DNA of 13,007 nt from an archaeon (GTDB lineage Archaea; Iainarchaeota; Iainarchaeia; Iainarchaeales; CSSED10-239), in the NCBI GenBank assembly GCA_035390665.1, contig DAOOUC010000016.1:1-13007 (forward strand), written 5' to 3'. Below are positions 7,289 to 13,007 of the stretch, piece by piece. The position numbers and the translations under genes are program-made. Positions within the stretch are counted from its first letter, which is position 1. Each line of letters starts with the position of its first letter. A model generated the notes under the pieces. The model was not told where the DNA came from. It did not search any database and was given only the letters and a program-made list of their open reading frames with translations.

Positions 7289-7771
7289 TTAATTTAAAAT
7301 AACAATCCAAAGGTTAAGTATTGTTGCAAAGCATAACCATAGAAGATATGGCATAAGAAGATATGCGGACTTTTCGTGTAGTTCATAGAATTTAATAATT
7401 GTTATTGCAACTAAGCCTACAAGAATAAAAATACAAAACAATCCAAATATTGGTGATTGTAGTCCAAAGAAAAGATATGACCAAAGGACATTAAAAAATA
7501 ATTGTAATCCAAAAAGAGCTAATGCTGTTTTCTTTTTCTCAGGATCTTTTCTATATTTCTGTGGCTGTGACCAAACCATAAATAAAGAAATTCCCATTAA
7601 GATGTAAAGTATTGTCCAAGCTATTGGAAAAACTATTCCTGGTGGAGTAATTGGTGGTTTGGTAATGGTCTGATACCAAGACCCTGGACCTGTTATTGTT
7701 ACTAAAGATCCTAAAAAACCTGCTCCTAGGCAAAAAACCATTGATAAAATAAACTTTATATAATCTTTCAT
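7289..7771 (-). CDS. TspO/MBR family protein (listed ORF extends to a GTG at 7780)
   Basis: MKDYIKFILSMVFCLGAGFLGSLVT..GPGSWYQTITKPPITPPGIVFPIAWTILYILMGISLFMVW...LQLFFNVLWSYLFFGLQSP; five hydrophobic segments, typical TspO W/P-rich motifs. Confidence 0.9.
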   Translation of the reverse strand: MKDYIKFILSMVFCLGAGFLGSLVTITGPGSWYQTITKPPITPPGIVFPIAWTILYILMGISLFMVWSQPQKYRKDPEKKKTALALFGLQLFFNVLWSYLFFGLQSPIFGLFCIFILVGLVAITIIKFYELHEKSAYLLMPYLLWLCFATILNLWIVILN

Positions 7772-7804
7772 AAATATCACTAATATGTATTTCTTGTATC
7801 AAAA

Positions 7805-7820
7805 GCAATTTAAATATATA
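7805..7820. promoter_or_regulatory. Probable bidirectional AT-rich promoter between tspO and the ABC transporter operon
   Basis: GCAATTTAAATATATAGATTG between divergent starts at 7771 (-) and 7869 (+); a TATA-like match is readable on both strands. Confidence 0.4.
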
Positions 7821-7868
7821 GATTGTATATTATTTAGGCAAAATAATCTAATTTTTAAAGTTGATAAG

Positions 7869-8663
7869 ATGAATAAAGAAAACATAATAGAAGTAAATGA
7901 ACTTAATAAAAGTTATGGGAAACTACAAGTGCTTAAAGATGTAAATTTTTCTGTTAAGAAAAAAAGCATCTTTGCTTTTCTTGGGCCAAATGGTGCCGGA
8001 AAGTCAACAACTATAAAGATATTAACCACTATTCTTCAACCAGACACAGGAAAAGTGTTAATTAATGGAAATAATCCACTTAAAGATTCAGATAAAGTAA
8101 GAAAAGACTTTGGAATAGTTTTTCAAGATCCTTCAGTTGATGAAGAATTAACTGCTTATGAAAATCTAGATATGCACGGTATCTTTTATCGTGTTCCAAA
8201 AAACGAAAGAAAAAAAAGAATAGAAGAACTAATGAAGATTGTTGAACTATGGGATAGAAAAGACGAGTTAGTTAAGAACTTTTCAGGAGGAATGAAAAGA
8301 AGATTAGAGATTGCTCGAGGATTACTTCATTATCCAAAAGTATTGTTTCTTGATGAACCAACAGTTGGTTTAGATCCACAAACAAGAAATCACATTTGGG
8401 ATTATATAAAGAAAGTAAACAAAAGAGAAGGAACAACAATATTCTTTACGACACATTATATGGATGAAGCAGAAAAGTATGCAGATAGTATTGCTATTAT
8501 TGATCATGGAAAAATTATAGATATAGGAACAAGTAAGGAACTTATTAAAAAAACAAAAACAAAAACTTTAGAAGAAGCATTTATTAAAATTACAGGATAT
8601 AGTATAAGAGATGAAGAAGCAAGTACTCTAGATAGAATGAGAATGATGAGAAGAAGACATTAA
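7869..8663 (+). CDS. ABC transporter ATP-binding protein (DrrA/CcmA-like, ABC-2 type); listed ORF starts at 7785
   Basis: Walker A GPNGAGKSTT, signature FSGGMKRRLEIARGL, Walker B VLFLDEPTVGLDP, H-loop FFTTHYMDEAE. The start at 7869 gives MNKENIIEVNELNKSYG; the upstream extension looks non-coding and includes the promoter. Confidence 0.95.
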   Translation: MNKENIIEVNELNKSYGKLQVLKDVNFSVKKKSIFAFLGPNGAGKSTTIKILTTILQPDTGKVLINGNNPLKDSDKVRKDFGIVFQDPSVDEELTAYENLDMHGIFYRVPKNERKKRIEELMKIVELWDRKDELVKNFSGGMKRRLEIARGLLHYPKVLFLDEPTVGLDPQTRNHIWDYIKKVNKREGTTIFFTTHYMDEAEKYADSIAIIDHGKIIDIGTSKELIKKTKTKTLEEAFIKITGYSIRDEEASTLDRMRMMRRRH

Positions 8664-8678
8664 AAGGAAAGATAACAG

Positions 8679-9425
8679 ATGAACACAATTGGAATATTAT
8701 GGTTAAGACAAATTAAAAGACACTATAGATCAAAAGCAAGACTTATTGGTTCTTTTTCTATGCCTTTGTTATTTTTATTAGCATTTGGATTTGGATTTGG
8801 TTCAATTTATGCTCAAGCAGGACAAGGAGACTATTTTCAGTTTCTTGTTCCAGGCATAATATCTATGACAATTCTATTTACTTCTGTAATGTCCGGAATA
8901 GAGATTATTTGGGATAGACAATTTGGTTTCTTGAAGGAAACATTAGTAGCTCCAGTATCTCGTTTAGAAATAATGATTGGAAGAACTCTTGGTGGAGCAA
9001 CCGTTGCCTTTGCACAAGGTTTTTTGTTTTTAATATTGTCTTTGTTTTTTGGATTTCGCATTATTTCTTGGACAATGTTGCCAATTGCTCTCCTCTTTAT
9101 GCTTTTAATAGCAATCTTTTTTGCAGCTTTAGGCACAGCCATTGCCTCTCTTCTAGACGATATGCAAGGTTTTCAATTGATAATGAATTTTCTAATAATG
9201 CCAATTTTCTTTTTATCAGGTGCAATGTTTCCAATTGATACTGCTCCAAAAGCAATACAAATTATTTCTAAGTTTAATCCATTAAGTTATGGAGTAAGTG
9301 GTATTAGAAATTCTTTATTAGGGGTTTCTCAAGGCAACATTTGGTTTAATCTTATAATATTGTTTATTCTAGCAATAGTGATGCTTGTCATTGGATCTAA
9401 GCTATTTTCAAAAATGCAGGTATAG
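8679..9425 (+). CDS. ABC-2 type transporter permease
   Basis: 248 aa, six hydrophobic segments. ETLVAPVSRLEIMIGRTLGGATVAFAQGFLFL and LSGAMFPIDTAPKAIQIISKFNPLSYGVSGIRN. AAAGGA upstream of the start. Confidence 0.93.
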   Translation: MNTIGILWLRQIKRHYRSKARLIGSFSMPLLFLLAFGFGFGSIYAQAGQGDYFQFLVPGIISMTILFTSVMSGIEIIWDRQFGFLKETLVAPVSRLEIMIGRTLGGATVAFAQGFLFLILSLFFGFRIISWTMLPIALLFMLLIAIFFAALGTAIASLLDDMQGFQLIMNFLIMPIFFLSGAMFPIDTAPKAIQIISKFNPLSYGVSGIRNSLLGVSQGNIWFNLIILFILAIVMLVIGSKLFSKMQV

Positions 9426-9434
9426 GTGAAATAA

Positions 9435-9821
9435 ATGTATACAGGATATTTAATTTCAGAGTCTTTTAAAAACCCAGAGTTTCTAAATAAACTTAATGTC
9501 AAAAATGTAAAAGTAGAATATTTTAAAAACGCAAAAGGGACAGGAACAAGTCTAAAGGTTTGGCATCTTTTCAAGGTTGGGGTTTCTGAAAAGAATATTG
9601 AAAAAATTTCAAAAATGATTTCTAAGAAAATCAAGGTTTCGTGGTATGTTCATTTCTATAATAAAAAGAAGTTATATCTAATTCTAACAGACAAAATATT
9701 TGTTATGCCAATGGAAGAAAACTTTAAATCTAAGGAATATCAAGACGCTTTTAAATATTCAGTAACCAAAGGCAAAATAGAAAAGAAATATATGTTTACA
9801 AAAGCTAAAGAAATAATCTAA
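9435..9821 (+). CDS. Hypothetical protein, 128 aa, co-oriented and likely co-transcribed with the ABC transporter
   Basis: AGGTGA ribosome-binding site at about 9424-9429, start 10 bp after the permease stop. Codon usage and alternation of charged/hydrophobic residues look coding. No family recognised. Confidence 0.75.
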   Translation: MYTGYLISESFKNPEFLNKLNVKNVKVEYFKNAKGTGTSLKVWHLFKVGVSEKNIEKISKMISKKIKVSWYVHFYNKKKLYLILTDKIFVMPMEENFKSKEYQDAFKYSVTKGKIEKKYMFTKAKEII

Positions 9822-9892
9822 ATTGAATAAATAACATATATAAATCCATATTATCTTATAGATATTTATTAATAATATAAGGAGAAATAAAT

Positions 9893-10120
9893 ATGGATAA
9901 AGAAAAAAATGAAAACCCAACTGTTGCTTTAGCAGGAACTATTTGTGCTTTTGCAGTAGGGATTGCAGCTTTAATTGTAATCTTTGCAAAAAATTATGCT
10001 TGGATAATTATATTTACAACATTAACTTTGTGTTTCTTTGGAATAGCACTAGCAAAGAAAGATTGTTCTTGTGGTCCAAATTGTGAATGTAATACAAAAC
10101 CAAAAGATAAAAAAAAATGA
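9893..10120 (+). CDS. Small membrane protein with cysteine-rich C-terminal CxCGPNCxC motif
   Basis: 75 aa with two hydrophobic segments then KKDCSCGPNCECNTKPKDKKK. AAGGAG upstream and TATA-like ATATATAAAT near 9830. Confidence 0.75.
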   Translation: MDKEKNENPTVALAGTICAFAVGIAALIVIFAKNYAWIIIFTTLTLCFFGIALAKKDCSCGPNCECNTKPKDKKK

Positions 10121-10130
10121 TGCTTTAACT

Positions 10131-10529
10131 ATGCCAACATTAAGACCAGCAAGAAGATTATCTCCTAAAGTCCTTGAAGATATAAAAAAAAGGAGAATAG
10201 AGAAATCAAAACCAAAAGTGCCCATTGATTATCAAACAAAGGTCTTAAAAGTTGGTGCAGAAATAAAAGCACTTAAGATTATAGCCGAATATGATCCAAT
10301 GTCTATGAAAGGATTAACAGTTGATACATTAAAACAAATAGAAACAAACATTTTAGATTTAACAAGAAAAATAACAGAAGAAATAGAAATATTAAAGAAA
10401 GCAAAATTAGAAAGAAGTAATCTTGCAGGCTTAAATATAGAGATAACTAATTTTGAAAGGCAGAAAAAAGAATCAGAAAAGATTATTGCTATTCTTGAAT
10501 CCAAGATTAAAGAAAAAACAAGACAATAA
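10131..10529 (+). CDS. Small helical/coiled-coil hypothetical protein; listed ORF starts at 10071
   Basis: Start at 10131 gives MPTLRPARRLSPKVLEDIKKRR... and avoids reading out of frame through the preceding gene. Lys/Glu-rich helical pattern LKQIETNILDLTRKITEEIEILKKAKLE. Confidence 0.7.
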   Translation: MPTLRPARRLSPKVLEDIKKRRIEKSKPKVPIDYQTKVLKVGAEIKALKIIAEYDPMSMKGLTVDTLKQIETNILDLTRKITEEIEILKKAKLERSNLAGLNIEITNFERQKKESEKIIAILESKIKEKTRQ

Positions 10530-10544
10530 TTTTTTTAATTCTAA

Positions 10545-10560
10545 AAACATATATAAATCT
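10545..10560 (+). promoter_or_regulatory. TATA-box-like element for the transglutaminase-like gene (possibly leaderless or short-leader transcript)
   Basis: AACATATATAAATCTT about 25-30 bp upstream of the ATG at 10580; no clear Shine-Dalgarno. Confidence 0.5.
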
Positions 10561-10579
10561 TATTCTCTTTATATTTAGT

Positions 10580-11704
10580 ATGAATAAAGGTTCTAAAATT
10601 TTTGTAATTGTATTATTAGCAATAATACTTATCTCTATTGTTTATATATTTAATAATAAAATTAATGATTTAGAAGATAAATATAATATTCTAAATAATC
10701 GATATATAAAACTAAATCAAGAACATGAACAACTAATTGAAGAAAAGCAAGAATTAGAAGATCAGTTTAATGATCTTACAGCTGATTTTAAAGACTTAAC
10801 AGAAAATTACAATTCTAAGGTCTTAGAAAACAAAGAGAAAGATCAAGAAATTAATTCTTTAACAAACAACTATAATAATGTTCTAGAAAACTATCAAACT
10901 CTTAATAACGAAGTAGGAATATTTAAAACAAGAATAGAAGAATCCATGGATTGGTTTAAGAATAATTCTACTCTTGATAATCTTTCAAATCAAAGAACTA
11001 TAAAAAATAATCTTAAAAAATGTGTAACTTGCGAAGAAGAATTATGTTATATAAAAACAGCCTGTATTTATGTTATTAATCAAGAAGAACTATATCTAAA
11101 ATATGCCTTAGATTCTCAAACTTCTGGACAAGAAGACAAATTACAAACACTTGAGCAATTTCTTTTACAAAAAAAAGGAGACTGTGAGGATTTTTCTTTA
11201 TTCTTTGCTGCAGAGTTAAGATATTTGATTGAGTATGTTAATTCTCAAGAAAAAACACCAATCATTGAAGCAATTGTAGAATCAGATACTTCAAGAAGTT
11301 ATGAAATTGTTGGTAGATGGTATTACCCAGAAGGTATAGAAAAAAAAATAATTTCTAAAGAATATAGTTATCCTTATGTTGCTTGTGGTAACATTTTTGA
11401 TCCTAATACTCAAGAGATTGGAGGACATTGTTTGATAATGCTTTCAGAAGAAGAAATAAATGAAAGTCAAGATATTGAGGACTTAGACAACATAGAATTA
11501 CTAGAACCACAAAATGGATTATATATTGGAAAAGCTAAAAACAATGGAATATTTGAAACAAAAAATTCAGAAAATCAAGTTGGGCAAATAATTACAAGTG
11601 CTGACTATTATATGCACAATTCTATTCTTTACAGCAACAATACAGAAAGTCATTGGTATAGTTATGGTTATTATTACAATAAGATTATAGAATTAGAACA
11701 ATAA
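10580..11704 (+). CDS. Membrane-anchored coiled-coil protein with a transglutaminase-like (cysteine protease-like) domain
   Basis: N-terminal TM (KIFVIVLLAIILISIVYIF), long coiled coil (LNNRYIKLNQEHEQLIEEKQELEDQFNDLTADFKDL...), then QKKGDCEDFSLFFAAELRYLI (Cys202) and IGGHCLIML (His283), followed by LEPQNGLYIG. Confidence 0.75.
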   Translation: MNKGSKIFVIVLLAIILISIVYIFNNKINDLEDKYNILNNRYIKLNQEHEQLIEEKQELEDQFNDLTADFKDLTENYNSKVLENKEKDQEINSLTNNYNNVLENYQTLNNEVGIFKTRIEESMDWFKNNSTLDNLSNQRTIKNNLKKCVTCEEELCYIKTACIYVINQEELYLKYALDSQTSGQEDKLQTLEQFLLQKKGDCEDFSLFFAAELRYLIEYVNSQEKTPIIEAIVESDTSRSYEIVGRWYYPEGIEKKIISKEYSYPYVACGNIFDPNTQEIGGHCLIMLSEEEINESQDIEDLDNIELLEPQNGLYIGKAKNNGIFETKNSENQVGQIITSADYYMHNSILYSNNTESHWYSYGYYYNKIIELEQ

Positions 11705-11830
11705 ATTAATTAATTTCCTTCCAATAACTCCCTTTTTGTATTTTAATTGATTTTCGGGTAGATAATTATCGAGATTAGAATCACCGAAAAATATTGTTTA
11801 TGGAGATTTAAATCGCAATATGTTTTCTTA

Positions 11831-12493
11831 CTATTTTAATTTCTTTTCTAATTGATTATAGTATTCTAAACTTAATTTCCTTATGTCTTTTAGTATTGGG
11901 ATAATAATTTTTCTATCCTCTAAAAGATTTAATCTTTCTTCAAACCAAGTTATCCAAACATCTTTTCCGGATTTTTCTACTTGGTATTTGATTTCATCTA
12001 AGATAACATTCCAGTTAGGGTTTGTTCTAGCAATTGATTGACAATCATCAATATCTCCATCTCTGTCTGTGATGCTTTTGAAAACTAAGATGTCTTCTAA
12101 GGAACAAGCAAATAGTTTAATATTTTTGTATTCCTTTATTAGTTTTGCTCTTTTAATCATGTTTTCACTAAGGAAAAGATTATTACACACAATCTTATTA
12201 AAAATATCAAATCTGTAATTGTCTTTGATTAGTATATTTTCTAAATTTAATTTATGGTATTCTCTTGTTGGTTTTTCAAGTGTGAAATCATTTTTCTTGA
12301 GTGTATTGATCAATGATTCATATTCTTCTTTAGAGTTAACAATTAAGTCTATGTCTTTTGTTCCCGGTTTTGCATTATGATACAGTAGTACTGCTCCGCC
12401 TATCAGGTAGACATTTATCTTATTTCTAATATTTTTGTCAATTTCATCGAATGCTTCAGATATTTGAGTAAAATCAGTTATATATTTTTCCAT
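11831..12493 (-). CDS. Nucleotidyltransferase-fold protein (MNT/AbiEii/DUF6036-like), possible TA toxin
   Basis: 220 aa. NTase signature YLIGGAVLLYHNAKPGTKDIDLIV (GG...DxD) with a later RFDIF acidic strand. Confidence 0.72.
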   Translation of the reverse strand: MEKYITDFTQISEAFDEIDKNIRNKINVYLIGGAVLLYHNAKPGTKDIDLIVNSKEEYESLINTLKKNDFTLEKPTREYHKLNLENILIKDNYRFDIFNKIVCNNLFLSENMIKRAKLIKEYKNIKLFACSLEDILVFKSITDRDGDIDDCQSIARTNPNWNVILDEIKYQVEKSGKDVWITWFEERLNLLEDRKIIIPILKDIRKLSLEYYNQLEKKLK

Positions 12494-12500
12494 TTTTTAA

Positions 12501-13007
12501 TCACATCTTTATATCATATACTTTTGCTTTTTCTTTTATTTCTTTTAGTGGAGGATATCTGTCTATTTTTTCTCCGGAAAATATTTTATTAAGGTTATCT
12601 AGTATTTCGTGCTTAATGTCTTTAAACTCGTCTTTGTATTTATAATAGAATAAAGCAAGATACATTCTGTCTCTAAATTCTTTTGTTTTTTCTACAATTG
12701 CTAAGGTGTGTAGTAGTATTTCTTGTTTAGTTAATTTCTTTTTAGGAAGGTAATAGAAGTTTTCAAGAGTATAGATAAGTAAATTATAGTCTTTAAACGC
12801 AGAAAAGGAAGTTAATGTTGCATCTATATTTTGTTTTATTGAAAACACAATTTCTTTTTCGTTTTTGTAGTAAATTGTTGAACCAACAGGCACTCTATAA
12901 TCATAGTTTCCTTGAAAACTTTTATATTCTTTTAAAAAATCAATTAAATCTGGCCAAACACTATAATTAACTATATATTCTTTATTTTCTTTAATAAATA
13001 TAGATCT
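12501..13007 (-). CDS. Hypothetical partner protein of the nucleotidyltransferase, 5' end beyond the window
   Basis: The frame stays open from 12893 to the window edge (RSIFIKENKEYIVNYSVWPDLIDFLKEYKSFQGNYDYRVPVGSTIYY...), so the GTG at 12893 is probably not the real start. Stop at 12501-12503, 7 bp before the NTase start. Confidence 0.7.
   Translation of the reverse strand, partial: RSIFIKENKEYIVNYSVWPDLIDFLKEYKSFQGNYDYRVPVGSTIYYKNEKEIVFSIKQNIDATLTSFSAFKDYNLLIYTLENFYYLPKKKLTKQEILLHTLAIVEKTKEFRDRMYLALFYYKYKDEFKDIKHEILDNLNKIFSGEKIDRYPPLKEIKEKAKVYDIKM

Noticed and set aside
7551-7808. 85-aa - strand ORF overlapping tspO in another frame
   Set aside because: The overlapping TspO frame has strong family motifs; this frame has none.
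8837-9142. 101-aa - strand ORF opposite the ABC permease
   Set aside because: Antisense shadow; low-complexity Lys/Ile-rich translation.
9329-9634. 101-aa - strand ORF spanning the permease/128-aa gene junction
   Set aside because: Antisense to two genes that are joined by a clear AGGTGA site on the + strand.
9821-9892. Possible small RNA in the AT-rich spacer before the CSCGPNCEC gene
   Set aside because: It contains a TATA-like box and a ribosome-binding site for the downstream gene, with no C/D-box motifs or GC-rich stem.
10232-10504. 90-aa - strand ORF opposite the small helical gene
   Set aside because: Antisense shadow of a Lys/Glu-rich coding region, which commonly yields hydrophobic reverse translations.

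Overview
AT-rich, gene-dense window, most likely from an archaeal chromosome. I infer a small or DPANN-like lineage, but this is not proven. The evidence is a deoxyhypusine synthase, an archaeal type IV pilin N-terminus, TATA-like boxes (TTTATATA/ATATATAAA type) ahead of genes, and GGTG/AGGAG ribosome-binding sites. Supported content, left to right: (1) a truncated secreted-type repeat protein with chitobiase/beta-hexosaminidase C-terminal-like (CHB_HEX_C) repeats around a DUF5018/cadherin-like beta domain; (2) deoxyhypusine synthase overlapping a divergent PlsC-like acyltransferase; (3) a CYTH/CyaB-like protein; (4) a pilin-like surface protein carrying the same beta domain as (1); (5) a convergent bacterial-type UvrB; (6) a HicB/HicA toxin-antitoxin module; (7) TspO/MBR divergent from an ABC-2 ATPase/permease plus a 128-aa unknown; (8) a small membrane protein with a CxCGPNCxC tail and a small helical protein; (9) a membrane-anchored coiled-coil protein with a transglutaminase-like Cys/His domain; (10) an oppositely oriented pair of nucleotidyltransferase and a partner protein running off the right edge, resembling an AbiE/MNT-type toxin-antitoxin architecture. 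I see no CRISPR array, rRNA, tRNA or transposase. The best candidates for something undescribed are the coiled-coil/transglutaminase-like protein, the NTase plus unknown-partner pair, and the surface proteins sharing a beta module. None is proven to be a new system from sequence alone.
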